NCBI GenBank assembly: GCA_963721815.1 | Contig: CAVRLO010000015.1 | Span: 76,163 to 140,162 of the forward strand | DNA: 64,000 bases | Source: an uncultured Candidatus Rokubacteria bacterium | GTDB lineage: Bacteria; Methylomirabilota; Methylomirabilia; Rokubacteriales; CSP1-6 | Direction of reading: 5' to 3' | Shown: positions 30,439-41,382 of the stretch, piece after piece | Position numbering within the stretch: position 1 is the stretch's first letter | How the letters are laid out: each line of letters starts with the position of its first letter | Position numbers and translations under genes: made by a program | The notes under the pieces: model-generated | Seen by the model: only the letters and a program-made list of their open reading frames with translations | Told to the model about the DNA's origin: nothing | Databases searched by the model: none

Positions 30439-30884
30439 CGGTCCTTCCATTTCTTTCAGTTTTCCGATTCTGTGTTCTCGATCGCATTCATGTCAACAAT
30501 TGCGCACGGTCAGAGGCGGCCTCACCGCCCAAAGGTGTCCCCGACCTATGACAGGTGACGTCACAGCGCGACGCTCGGAACCGTGACCTTGCCTGTCACG
30601 ACTGATGGTTACGGTCGCAAGCATGAGACGCTACATCCGTTCGCCACAAGCCTTCCGGAAAACCGTCGTAGCCGAGCCGCTGGTCAGGTTCCCATCCCGT
30701 GGCGGAGAGCTTCGTCAGCCCTCGTCGTGCCCCTCGAGCACCAAGCTAGTGCGTTTCCGTGCGGCCATATGGACTCCGAGGCGAGCGTGGCCGGGAGACT
30801 TCGCGAACGGATGAATGCACTCTGGGTCGGGTGCCCGCGTTGCAATGTCATAACGGTCGTCCTCGCTATAATTGAGGCGCAGTC

Positions 30885-33800
30885 ATGCAAGTGACGGACG
30901 GACGCCTCGTCCTCGCCCCCTCGGACCTCAACGACCACGTCGAGTGCCCACACCTCACCACGCTGGCCCTCGAAGTGGCCCGCGGCGCCCGCAGCCGCCC
31001 GTACCTCCCCGAAGACCACGCCGACCTCCTTCGCCGCAAGGGCGAAGAGCACGAAGCAGCCTATCTGAAAGAACTCGACACCCGAGGCCGCCAAGTCATA
31101 AAAGTCCCGACCCCCGATCCCTGGGACTTCGCAACATCCGCCCGCGCAACCGAAGAAGCCATGCGCGCCGGCGCCGAAATCATCTACCAGGCGACCTTCG
31201 TACAAGGCGACTGGCGCGGCCGCGCCGATTTCCTTGAGCGCGTCGACCAACCAACCGCGCTCGGAGCCTGGGGCTACGAAGCCCTCGACACCAAGCTGGC
31301 ACGGGCCGAAAAGCCCACCTACGTGCTGCAGCTCTGCTTCTACACGGAAGCGATCGCCTCCATCCAGCACTTCACGCCCGAAAAGATGCACATCCTGCTC
31401 GGCATCGGCGAGCGGCGCACCTTGCGCCACGCCGACTTCGCCGCCTACTACCGTCGCGTCCGCGACGGGCTCCTCGCGGCGCTCGGGCGCGCCGAGCCGA
31501 CCGAGCCCTACCGTGTCGAACACTGCGCGTTGTGCAAGTTCCGTCAGGTATGCGACGAGCGATGGCAGCAAGAGGATCACCTGCTGCTAGTGGCCGGGAT
31601 CCGGCGCGGCCAGGTCAACCACTTGCGCTCGGCGGGCCTCCACACGCTGAAGCATCTCGCCCAGGCCCCGGCGGCGCCGGTCCCCCACATCGCCGCGCAC
31701 ACGTTCGAGACCCTCCACGACCAGGCCGGGCTGCAACTCCGGCGGCGCACCACCGGCGCTCTCGACTGGCACGCGTTGCCCATCGAGCTGGGATGCGGCT
31801 TCGAGCGGCTGCCGCGGCCCTCGCCGGGCGACGTCATCTTCGACATCGAAGGCGATCCGTTCTGGGAGCCGGCGCGCGGTCTGCACTTCCTCTTCGGGCT
31901 GCTGACGCGCGAAGCCGACGGCGGCGCATGGATGTACCAGACGATCTGGGCGCACGACCGGGCAGGGGAGCGGAAAGCGCTCGAGCAGCTGGTCGACCTC
32001 TTTGGCGAACGCCTCAGAGCGCACCCCGACATGCACGTCTACCACTACGGCGCCTACGAGCCGACGGCGCTGAAGCAGCTCATGGGCGTGTACGCGACGC
32101 GCGAAGAAGCGATGGACGCGCTGCTACGCCGCGAGATCTTCTGTGATCTGCACTCGGTCGTGCGCCAGGGCCTGCGGGCGGGCGTGCCGGGGTACTCGCT
32201 GAAAGAAGTGGAGGCGCTGCCCGCCTTCCGCCGCCAGGCGCGCGTCACCAGCGGCACGCGCGCCGTGCTGGCCTACGAAGCCTGGATGACCACGCGCGCG
32301 GCCGCGCGGCTCGACGAGATCGCGGCCTACAACGAAGAAGACTGCCGCGCGACGCTCGCGCTGCGCGACTGGCTGGTCGAGCACCGGCCCGAAGGCGCGG
32401 CCTGGGCCAAGCCCCCCGAGGCGAAGCCAGTCGACGACGACAGGCAGAAGGCCGACACCCAGCGCGAGGTGCTGCGCCAGTCGTTGCTCGCGGGCGCGAC
32501 CCCGCAAACGCCGCGCTGGCTGGCCGCCGAGCTGCTCGAATACCACCGGCGCGAGGCCCGGCCCGCCTGGTGGTGGATGTACATGCGCTGCCAGATGTCG
32601 CTCGACGAGCTTGTGGAAGACGGCGAGTCGATCGCCCGGCTAGAACCCCAGGGAACCCCGCGCCAGGTGAAGAGCTCGCTCGAGCACCGCTTCAGCTTCC
32701 CGCCGCAGCAGCACAAGCTGGCCCCCGGCGATGCGCCCGTGGATCCGGCCACGGGCAAGGGCGCCGGCACGATCGTGGAGATGGACGAGGCGGCCGGCAC
32801 CGTTGTCCTCAGGCGCGGTCCGAGCCACGCATCCGTCCCGCTTCCGACGGCGCTGATCCCGCCGGGGCCCATCCAGACGAACGCGCAGCGCGGAGCCCTC
32901 GCGCGCCTCGGCGCCGCCATGCTGGCCGGCAACGGCCGATACCGCGCGCTCGAGGACATCCTGGCCCGGGCGCGGCCGCGGCTCGGCGGCGGGTTCAGCG
33001 GGCCGATCCAGACGATGGACCTTGGCGAGCAGCGGGAGCGAGCCGCCACGCTCGACCACAGCTACATCTTCATCCAGGGGCCGCCGGGCACCGGCAAGAC
33101 GTGGACGGGCGCGCGGATCGTCGTGGATCTCATCCGCCGCCGCCGGCGCGTGGGCGTCGCGGCCACGAGCCACAAGGCCATCCACAACCTGCTCGACGAG
33201 ATCGGCCGGGCGGCGCGCGAGGAAGGTGTCCGGGTCCGCGGCCTGAAGAAATCCTCTGCCGGCAGCGCCGAAACGGAGTACACGGCCGACTGGGTCACGA
33301 ACCTCCCCGACACCGACAAGCTCGTGGCGGCAGCGCCGCGCTTCCAGCTCGTGGCCGGCACGGCGTGGCTCTTCGCCCACGAGGATTTCGACGGCGGCGC
33401 CCTCGTCGACACGCTCGTCATCGACGAGGCCGGGCAGGTGGCCCTCGCCGACGCCCTGGCCATGGGTACCGCCGCGCGCAACCTGATCCTGCTCGGCGAT
33501 CCCTCACAGCTCGCCCAGGTCTCCCAGGGGACTCATCCCGAGGGCGTCGGCGCATCCGTGCTCGAGCACCTGCTCGGCGACCATCTGACGGTGCCGGAGG
33601 ACTCTGGGATCTTCCTCGACCGCACGCGGCGCATGCATCCCGACGTCTGCCGGTTCGTCTCCGAGATCGTGTACGACAACCGGCTCGACGGCCTCCCGCA
33701 CCTGGCGGCTCAGAACACCGCGTTCGGGACCGGGCTGCGCTTCCTGCCGGTCGACCACGCCGGCAACGTGGCCGCCGCGCCTGAGGAAGCCGAGCGCGTC

Positions 33801-34250
33801 GCGCGCGAGATCCTCGGAATGCGCGGCGGCTCGTGGACCAACCGCGACGGCGTCACGGGGCCGCTCAAAGAGACCGACTTCATGGTGGTCGCGCCGTACA
33901 ACATGCAGGTGCGCCTGCTGCGCCGCACGCTCCAGGCCGCCGGGCTGGGCGACGTCCCCGTGGGCACCGTCGACAAGTTCCAGGGGCGCGAGGCGCCCGT
34001 GGTCTTCTACTCGATGGCCACCTCGAGCGCCGAGGACGTGCCGCGCACCCTCGACTTCCTCTTCTCGCGCAACCGCCTCAACGTCGCCGTCTCGCGCGCG
34101 ATGTGCCTGGCCTGCATCGTCGCCAGCCCGCGCCTGCTCGAATCACGCGCGCGCACGATCGAGCAGATGCGGCTGATCAACGCGCTGTGTCGGTTTGCGG
34201 AGATGGCGGGGGGCAGGCTACCCAACCATGAGTCAGATCTTGAACATTGA
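30885..34250 (+). CDS. TM0106-family RecB-like nuclease + RNase H-like domain + SF1 helicase
   Basis: 'GRADFL..YEALDTKL', 'FDIEGDP', 'QGPPGTGKT', 'VIDEAGQ', 'GTVDKFQGRE', 'NRLNVAVSRA'. Confidence 0.9.
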   Translation: MQVTDGRLVLAPSDLNDHVECPHLTTLALEVARGARSRPYLPEDHADLLRRKGEEHEAAYLKELDTRGRQVIKVPTPDPWDFATSARATEEAMRAGAEIIYQATFVQGDWRGRADFLERVDQPTALGAWGYEALDTKLARAEKPTYVLQLCFYTEAIASIQHFTPEKMHILLGIGERRTLRHADFAAYYRRVRDGLLAALGRAEPTEPYRVEHCALCKFRQVCDERWQQEDHLLLVAGIRRGQVNHLRSAGLHTLKHLAQAPAAPVPHIAAHTFETLHDQAGLQLRRRTTGALDWHALPIELGCGFERLPRPSPGDVIFDIEGDPFWEPARGLHFLFGLLTREADGGAWMYQTIWAHDRAGERKALEQLVDLFGERLRAHPDMHVYHYGAYEPTALKQLMGVYATREEAMDALLRREIFCDLHSVVRQGLRAGVPGYSLKEVEALPAFRRQARVTSGTRAVLAYEAWMTTRAAARLDEIAAYNEEDCRATLALRDWLVEHRPEGAAWAKPPEAKPVDDDRQKADTQREVLRQSLLAGATPQTPRWLAAELLEYHRREARPAWWWMYMRCQMSLDELVEDGESIARLEPQGTPRQVKSSLEHRFSFPPQQHKLAPGDAPVDPATGKGAGTIVEMDEAAGTVVLRRGPSHASVPLPTALIPPGPIQTNAQRGALARLGAAMLAGNGRYRALEDILARARPRLGGGFSGPIQTMDLGEQRERAATLDHSYIFIQGPPGTGKTWTGARIVVDLIRRRRRVGVAATSHKAIHNLLDEIGRAAREEGVRVRGLKKSSAGSAETEYTADWVTNLPDTDKLVAAAPRFQLVAGTAWLFAHEDFDGGALVDTLVIDEAGQVALADALAMGTAARNLILLGDPSQLAQVSQGTHPEGVGASVLEHLLGDHLTVPEDSGIFLDRTRRMHPDVCRFVSEIVYDNRLDGLPHLAAQNTAFGTGLRFLPVDHAGNVAAAPEEAERVAREILGMRGGSWTNRDGVTGPLKETDFMVVAPYNMQVRLLRRTLQAAGLGDVPVGTVDKFQGREAPVVFYSMATSSAEDVPRTLDFLFSRNRLNVAVSRAMCLACIVASPRLLESRARTIEQMRLINALCRFAEMAGGRLPNHESDLEH

Positions 34251-34282
34251 CGCGTTAGCGCCGGCACGCCTACCGTGCTCAT

Positions 34283-34501
34283 GTGCGCGAGACCCATCCT
34301 TCGGTCGTCGTGCTGTCGGGGCCTAACGGCGCCGGCAAGTCGACGATGGCCGCGCGCTTGCTGGTGGGCTCCCTGCGAGTATTCGAATATGTCGACAATT
34401 CAGTACACGATCCGCGGGAGATCGCCTCGGGCGCTGGAACAGAGACGCTGGCTGTGAATGACGCTGATCTCCGGCGACGCATCCGGGCGGAGGCAGCCAT
34501 G
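34283..34501 (+). pseudogene. Zeta-toxin-like AAA ATPase remnant (N- and C-termini, middle deleted)
   Basis: 'VVVLSGPNGAGKST' followed after about 40 codons by 'NDADLRRRIRAEA'. Confidence 0.6.
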
Positions 34502-34722
34502 AAGGCTAGGCAGGGAAACCGAATCGGTCAAATCTTCGCGGATGGTCGTCAGATCGACAGAGCGTTGCGGCTGGCTGCCCGTGACGCCATCCGAAAGCAT
34601 GAGCTCCATGATGCACCTGTTGTACCGCTCCCGGTTTCTTGGACACGCGAGGGGGATACCAAGATAGCGCCCCCACCCTCGATCGTCGATCCTGACGTCA
34701 CGGTGCGATCGCGTTTCATCGG

Positions 34723-35601
34723 TCATGCCGCCATCGCCCCGGCCCGCGCCGCCACCGGCGTCTGATGGCCAAGCCGCTCGATGAGCCACTCGGTGTTGTA
34801 GCGAGTGATGAACTCGGCGATGAGCCGCTGCGCCTCGGCGAGCGTCTGGAACTGATGGAGATAGAGGCACTGCTCTTTGAGTGTCCGCATGAACCGCTCG
34901 ATGACGCCATTGCACTCCGGCTCGCCGACGTACGACGGCGTGATCGTCATCCCCAACCACTTCACCTCGTTGATCCAGGCATCGGCGATGTACTGCGGGC
35001 CCCAGTCACACCGGATCCGGAGCCCGCGCGCGACGTCTTTGCCGAACCGGCCGAAGGCGTGGCGCACACCTTGCCGCATCGGTTCCAGGGCCGCCCACCG
35101 ATCGCCGAGCTTGGCGGTGTGCCAGCCGACGATGTCAGCGCTGAAATGATCGATGGCGCCGAAGAACCAGCACCAGCCGTCCGCTTCCGTATAAAACCGC
35201 GTCGCGTCGGTGCCCCACATCTCGTCCGGTCGCGTCGTGGTGATCGTGCCGGCGTGCGCCGGATCGCCGTTCGGTGGCCCAAGGCGCCGCGGGGCCAGGA
35301 GCTGGTGCTGGCGCATGAGGCGCAGCACGCGCTTGCCCCCGACGGCGAGGCCGCGATGCGCCAGGCGGGCGCGGACCTTGCGATAGCCCTCGCCATGGAA
35401 CGGCGTGGCCGCCAGCACCGCGCGGATCGCGACCACGAGCTCGGCGTCGCTGGTCGCCGTCTTCGGGCCGCGCTTGCCCAGGGTGACGGCCGGGCGCGGC
35501 GACGGCGCCGCATAGACTGTCGACCGGGCGACCCGGAAGACCGTGCAGACCATCGTGAGCGGGTAGCGCCGCCCGGTGCTGGGGCTCACGCAGCCGCTCA
35601 T
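34723..35601 (-). CDS. IS3 transposase OrfB (DDE)
   Basis: 'MWGTDAT', 'CDWGPQY', 'NGVIERFMRTLKE'. Confidence 0.9.
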   Translation of the reverse strand: MSGCVSPSTGRRYPLTMVCTVFRVARSTVYAAPSPRPAVTLGKRGPKTATSDAELVVAIRAVLAATPFHGEGYRKVRARLAHRGLAVGGKRVLRLMRQHQLLAPRRLGPPNGDPAHAGTITTTRPDEMWGTDATRFYTEADGWCWFFGAIDHFSADIVGWHTAKLGDRWAALEPMRQGVRHAFGRFGKDVARGLRIRCDWGPQYIADAWINEVKWLGMTITPSYVGEPECNGVIERFMRTLKEQCLYLHQFQTLAEAQRLIAEFITRYNTEWLIERLGHQTPVAARAGAMAA

Positions 35602-35963
35602 CGCTTGTGCTTCTTCCACTCGTCCGCGAGCCCCCTTTTTTCGATGAGGTGCTCGGCCAGCTCCAACCGCATCATCAGTTCGCCGATCTTCGCGCGGGCC
35701 AGGGTCAGCTCGCGTTCTTCGGGATCACTCCGGGTCTTCAGCCCCCGCGCCCCCTGCTCGAGGAAGAGCCGCTTCCAACTCTCGAGCTCATGGGCCGGCA
35801 CTTGGCTCTCGCGCGAAACCGCGTCGAGCGCCTCACCGCGCAGGAGCCGCAGGACGAGCTCCGTTTTCCGCTGGACGCTCCAGCGTTCCGGGAGCTCCAC
35901 CACCTCCGCCGGTGGCGGTTCACTGCCAGGAGTCGTGGTTGGCTTTCGCGCCTTGTCCTTCAT
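35598..35963 (-). CDS. IS3 OrfA (HTH)
   Basis: 'RWSVQRKTELVLRLL', 'KIGELMM'; ATGA overlap with OrfB. Confidence 0.8.
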   Translation of the reverse strand: MKDKARKPTTTPGSEPPPAEVVELPERWSVQRKTELVLRLLRGEALDAVSRESQVPAHELESWKRLFLEQGARGLKTRSDPEERELTLARAKIGELMMRLELAEHLIEKRGLADEWKKHKR

Positions 35964-36286
35964 GCCCAGCCTCCTTGGCTGCCGTCATCGTAGTCCAGAC
36001 GGTGTCCAGGGAAACCGGGTCCGATTTACTGTGGTCATCTGGCGTGATGGTCGTACTGCCTGGGTGCCGGCTCGGGAGCTAGGCGCGAAGGCTCAACGCA
36101 AGACTGCACGAAAGGGAACGCGCTCCCGCAAGCGCGGACGCTGACCGGCTCGGTTCGCTGAGAGCTCGAAACTTCGCGCCCAATGCGGCTTCCTGCGGCC
36201 GGATCCGGTGGGCGTCGGCGATCTCGCAGCCGCGGATTCGGGTGGAACGGCCTGTTGGATCGGACCCGTGCCCGCCAGGACCAGCC

Positions 36287-37607
36287 TCACGTGGCGCGTG
36301 GCCGACGCCTGATCGCCCACGGATGCAGCACGTCGATCGCATAACCCACGTCCAGCCGCTCCCCTAGCCAGCCGGACATGGCGGTCCGCGCGCCCAGGGC
36401 ATTCCCTTGCGCATCGTGCCGCTGTCGCAACGCTCCTGCGGGATCGCCGGGCACACCGGAAGCCACCGGGACCTCGGAGAGCAGCCGTCCGTCCGGGCGC
36501 AAGAACCGCAGCTCGCCGTCGGGCTGGCGCTGGACCTGGTAACCCTCCTCGTGAACGGCGCGATGGTGCCGGTGACAGAGCAGGGTGAGATTGGACAGTG
36601 TCGTGGGGCCGCCCTGGGCCCAGTGACGGATGTGGTGGCCCTGCGTGAACCGGCCGTGGCAGCCCGGGAAGCGGCATCCGTGATCGCGGTGCTGCAGAGC
36701 CCGTCGTAGCGCAGGCGGAATCGTACGGGTCCGGGCGGAAACCTCCACGATGCGGCCATCCGGATCGTGCCGCATGGCCATCCGGCTCGCGTCGCACGCC
36801 AGGCGCTGAGACGTTTCCGCGGAAACGTGCGCGCCGTCTTCAAGAACGGACTGGCCGGGCGCATCCGGGTCTGCCAGCACTGCGGCGTCGACGTGGACCA
36901 CCACCTGATAGCGTTCGCCCGGCGCGCCCGGATCGAGGCCGTGGTGCAGCGGTCTCGGCGAGCAGGACCAGCGCGTCGGCATGTTGCTGCGCGACGGAAG
37001 GCGGATCTGTGGAAACGTCCGCCTGGCTGGGGTCTGCGTCGTTCACTCGGCTCTGTTGAAACAAGGCTTCGCGGGCTCCGGCCAGGGCTTGCACGATCAC
37101 CGCGCCCGCCTCGGGCGTGAGCCGCCCGCGGATCACCACCATGCCGTCCTCATCCTGATACACGTGCAGCGCACGGCTCTTGTGCCGCCGGGTGTCGTCG
37201 TGGGCTTCGGCCTTGCGATCCATTCGGCGCCAGCCGCGTACGATGCGCTCGACGTGACAGGCCGTGCCGGCGCGCCCAACCGCCAGCAGACGCTCTTCCG
37301 TCTCCGGTGTGGCCACGCGCGTCAGAGCTCGCACCTTCGCGTACGAGAGCTCGCCCCGCTCCAGCGCCTTGGCCAGCCGCGGCAGTGTTGCGAGCGCGCG
37401 TGCCACCCGTACTCTTTCGCGCGCCGCGCCCAGGTCGAGCCCCACGCGCCAGCTCAGCCAGGCCGCGCACGAGCTGAATCCGGTGTTCCAACCCTCGCGA
37501 GCGTCGAACTCGCGGATGAGCTCCAGCAGGCGAGCGGTGGCGGCGTCGAGGTGGGCCGACAGCTCGGCGATCTCGTCGCCGAGTCGATCCAGTGAGAGCG
37601 AGTCCAT
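36287..37607 (-). CDS. DUF222 + HNH endonuclease, copy 1; frameshift near 36955
   Basis: 'FSSCAAWLSW', 'GELSYAKVRAL', 'RDHGCRFPGC..HHIRHWAQGG.T.LSNL.LLCHRHHRAVH'. Confidence 0.85.
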
Positions 37608-37864
37608 GGCGAGCCCTCCTTCTACTGGGGCGACTCTATACCCCAGTTTCAAAGAGGCCTTGCAGACGCGCGAGGGGAGGATCCTGCGGCGGAACGAAGA
37701 TCATCGGCGGACGCGCCCGAAACGCTATCTGCGCGCTTCTGCGGCGTGCTGGTGCGATATTCACGATGGCAGTCCGGCGCCCCGCGACCGCGATCACACG
37801 AAGCTGTCAAGTGTCGACTTTAGTGGACACCGTCGACGCGATCGATGCGGTCGTTGGCCCGGTA

Positions 37865-37975
37865 GCGCTGGCGAGTAACCTGAGATTCACGACCGTTGAG
37901 CTGCGCCGTATTCAAAGGCTCGTCGTTGAGCACGAATCACGGCTGCTGGAGGCTTGGCATGAATACTTCGGAGAG
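37865..37975 (+). pseudogene. DUF4160 C-terminal remnant
   Basis: 'LASNLRFTTVELRRIQRLVVEHESRLLEAWHEYFG'. Confidence 0.6.
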
Positions 37976-38246
37976 GCGCCCGGGCGAGCGTGTGAGGGAC
38001 GTGCGGTTTACCGAGGACGTCCTGGTCGTCGATCTGCTGGACGGCCGCACGATCTCAGTGCCGCTCGTGTGGTACCCCCGCCTGCTGTCGGCGACTCCCG
38101 AGCAACGGGCGAACTGGCGCGTAGCGGGTGGCGGATTCGGCATCCAGTGGCCAGATGTCGACGAGGACTTGAGTACGGACGGTTTGCTCCGCGGCGCGCC
38201 GGCTCCGCGAGGCTCCGCGCCGAGCGGTCGGGCAACCGGCGGTTGA
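37959..38246 (+). CDS. DUF2442 family protein (putative antitoxin)
   Basis: 'LDGRTISVPLVWYPRL..AT..QRANW..IQWPDVDEDLS'. Confidence 0.85.
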   Translation: MNTSERRPGERVRDVRFTEDVLVVDLLDGRTISVPLVWYPRLLSATPEQRANWRVAGGGFGIQWPDVDEDLSTDGLLRGAPAPRGSAPSGRATGG

Positions 38247-38254
38247 CTCAAGCC

Positions 38255-38491
38255 GTGAAGGCTAGGCAGGGAAGCCGAATAGGGCAAGTCTTCGCTGATG
38301 GTCGTCAGATCGATGCAGCATTGCGCTTGGCTGTCCGTGACGCAATCCGAAAGCACGCGCTCCATGATGCGCCAGTCGTCATCTGGCGTGATGGTCGTAT
38401 CGCGTGGGTGCCCGCTCGGGAGCTCGACGCAAAGACTCGCCGTAAGACTACGGAAAAAAGGACGCGCTTGCCCAAGCGCGGGCGCTCGTGA
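38255..38491 (+). CDS. Small ATPase-partner protein, copy 2
   Basis: 'FADGRQIDAALRLAVRDAIRKHALHDAPVVIWRDGRIAWVP'. Confidence 0.7.
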   Translation: MKARQGSRIGQVFADGRQIDAALRLAVRDAIRKHALHDAPVVIWRDGRIAWVPARELDAKTRRKTTEKRTRLPKRGRS

Positions 38492-38576
38492 GGGGGGCGA
38501 GATTGACCAGGGAGTCGCCGCCTCAATGTGCCTGCGCCGATACAGCCGACACAAGCTCGTCCATCAGCTGCGACTC

Positions 38577-40286
38577 TCAGTGATGGGACACGCATAGCTC
38601 CTCACGCGCACGAGTCATCCCGATGTAGAGCAATCGCCGCGCCTCGTCGTCGCCCCGCCCGGCTAGCTCGTGGGCGCTGAACAGCAGAACGTGCGCGGCA
38701 TCGAGCCCCTTGGCGCTATGGATGGTTGAGAGCCGCACGGCGCCAGGCAGCTGATCGGTCGAAGAAAGCACGCGGGGACCCCCTCCGCCTTGAGCCACTC
38801 GGTCAGCCTCTCCATGGCGGGCCGCGAGAGACCGAGGATGAGAATGTCCTCAGGCGCGATTCCCCGGCTGATTCGTGCCTCGACCCACGTTCGAGCGAAC
38901 TCCCGCGCTGCGTCCAAGGACGAGTGGCGGTGCACCTCGGGTGGTAAACCGTCTCGCAGGGCTCTGTCGGGCCTTACGTAGTCGTCCGCCTGTTCGCGAG
39001 CCATGTTCGAGCGCGAATCCAGCTCGCTGATGATCTGGTAGGCCGCGTCCAGGATGGGCCGCGTGTTTCGGTAGTTGACGCGCAGCACGCGACTGTGGCC
39101 CACGGCCTGGACACCCAGCTCGCGCCAGGAGATCTTGCGGTTGTAGATGTTCTGCGATGAGTCGAGGGCGACGAAGAGGCTATTGGTTGCGGGGTCCAGC
39201 CTTCAAGATGGCGCGATACCAGTCGTTCGCGAAATCTTGTCCCTCGTCCACGAGGATGGCCTGGTAGGTGCCGGCGCGCGCCTGGCCCGTGGCATAGGCG
39301 TCCAGGAGCAGCCTGGGCACTTGCTCCCAGTATTCATGCCACGGCTGCCCACGTTCGGGTGCTGGGGGCATGGCGACATTCGCAAGGCGGAGCTCGCGGG
39401 CACACCAGGCGTGAAACGTCAGAATCTGTAGCCGACCGTGGGCGCCGATCGTCCGAGAAAGGTGCTCGGCCAGGACTCGGTTGAAGCACAGGACCAGAAT
39501 GCGCCAATCGGGATGCGCTTCGAGCAGATGACGTACTCGGCACATCAAGACGATTGTCTTCCCGCTACCGGCGACGCCGCGCACGAGACGATGCCCGTCG
39601 CCGAGCGACTTGGCCAGGCACTCCTGCTCCCTGTCCATTACGTCGAGAAGTTGGGCGTCGTCGTGAGCCCAGCCCACGCGGATCTCCGGGTAGAGAACAC
39701 CGCGGATCTCGTCCACTTGTTCGGGGCTCAGGCGTGATGCATGTGGGGCCCGCTCTGGAATCAGGTCGCGGAGTCTCGGAAGGAGCCGTTCTGCGGTGAG
39801 GTCGTCCCCGGTCAGTACCAGGCCGGGGCCGAGTGCATCTTCGAGGCTCGGGCCGGAGAGTGAGGATGCTGACGTCATTCTTCCCGAGCAAGGGCAGGAC
39901 GGCGCCGAACCCCCATCCGCAGCAGAGTCGTTCGCCGCTGCGCAGTCGCGGCCGTCTTTTCAGAAAGTCGACAATCTTGAAGGTGTACTCGCGTGCCTGG
40001 GTACGGGGCTACGAAGTACGTGCTCGCCGTCGTTCGTCTTGATCACTACGCTGTCGGGACGGGCTTCCACGATCGATTTGAGCCGCCAGTCTTTGACTTC
40101 GAGGACTACGACGCCGAGATCGGGACCGATTATCGTGAAATCCGGGTACCGATCGCCGATGCGGATGTCGTAATAGACGAGATAGTCCTCGGGGAGGTGC
40201 TCGCGCAGAGCGTCGAACACCTTGCGCTCGCCGGCGGTCGCATTGCCGTTCTGGTCGGAGAGGCGCTCCGGGACGGTGAACGCCAC
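38577..40286 (-). CDS. NERD nuclease + UvrD-like SF1 helicase; several frameshifts
   Basis: 'PDFTIIGPDLGVVVLEVKDW', 'GVAGSGKT', 'VDEGQDF', 'NYRNT', 'TIHSAKGL..LYIGMTRAR'. Confidence 0.8.
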
Positions 40287-40343
40287 ACTTCGATCGTAGC
40301 CCGAGCGGCCGAAGAACAAGGCGAAGTTCCTACGCTAGGAGCC

Positions 40344-40626
40344 CGCCGGGCTGGACGACTTCCCCGTGGGCCCCGTCGACAAGTTCCAGGGACGCGAAGC
40401 GCCCGTGGTCTTCTACTCGATGGCCACCTCGAGCGGCCGAGGATGTGCCGCGCACCCTCGACTTCCTCTTCTCGCGCAACCGCCTCAACGTCGCCGTCTC
40501 GCGCGCGATGTGCCTGGCCTGCATCGCCGCCTGTTCGAATCACGCGCGCGTACGATCGAGCAGATGCGGTTGATCAACGCGCTGTGTCGGTTCGCGGAGA
40601 TGGCGGGGGAGCAGCACGGCGGCTAG
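40344..40626 (+). pseudogene. Diverged second copy of the TM0106 gene 3' end
   Basis: Matches 33938-34212 (VDKFQGREAPVVFYSMATSS..INALCRFAEMAG). Confidence 0.85.
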
Positions 40627-40741
40627 GTCCGCCGACGAAGCTACAACCCGCAGAGGCCTTTGACGACCGTCCTTGTGAGTCGCTTGGAGTGCTCCCCAAT
40701 GTTCAACTCCGGTGGGGAGCACTCCAGCCTTAGTTAGCGCG

Positions 40742-41382
40742 TCAAGGCGTCAGCTGCCGCAAGGGCCCCTCGAGATTCGGGAAGTTCCGCGTGCTGAGCG
40801 CCTGGACTCCGGCGTTGTGGTCGCCATTGAACCTGGTGGACTGCCCCAGGACACCCAGCGTTCGCGGCGTCCGTAGGCGAGTTGAACCACAAGCCCAGAT
40901 GGAACGTATGGATCGGCTCGGTCGCCGGGTTCGAGTCAGCATCCGGGAACGGCGGGTGGTCGTGCACGACGGGAGCTTCCTGGCCCGCCGGAGGCTGCGC
41001 GACGATGAACGTCTCGATGTTGAAGCGCCCGATGAACTTTGCTGGCCTTTGCCCTCGCGGTTGGTCTCGATGTCGCCCTGGTACCAACTCAGGCCGAAGG
41101 GTGCGTTCGGGAACTGAACGACGAACAAATCGAAGTCCGTCTTCGGCGGCAGGCCACTCACGTGCACGTCCATCAGCTCGACGCCGCCGACGGAGTCGAT
41201 CGTCACCCGCGCCTCGCGTCAGGAGAACAGCCGGCGCCGAGTGCGGTGGCCGAGCGCACCATGTCGAACTCGATGCGCTTCTCTTCTGCCGCCGCCGTCC
41301 CGGCTCCCCCGGCGACGAACAGCCCCGCCAGTGCCACGAGTCCCATGAGGCTCAACTTTGTCAGCCGATGTATCAGCTCCAT
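40742..41382 (-). CDS. Secreted hypothetical protein; frameshifted
   Basis: Signal peptide ending AAA; coding-like continuity across frames. Confidence 0.55.

Larger units (their letters stand above)
34621..36028 (-). mobile_element. IS3-family insertion sequence, 1408 bp
   Basis: Imperfect IRs TGTACCGCTCCCGGTTTC-TTGGACAC / TAAATCGGACCCGGTTTCCCTGGACAC; 4-bp target duplication CTGT at 34617-34620 and 36029-36032. Confidence 0.85.
34499..36144 (+). pseudogene. Small ATPase-partner protein, copy 1, interrupted by IS3
   Basis: MKARQGNRIGQIFADGRQID..HDAPV | VIWRDGRTAWVPAREL; rejoins across the IS. Confidence 0.75.

Noticed and set aside
30885-31560. Cas4-like nuclease as evidence of CRISPR-Cas
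   Set aside because: It is the RecB-like N-terminus of a TM0106 nuclease-helicase; no array or other cas genes.
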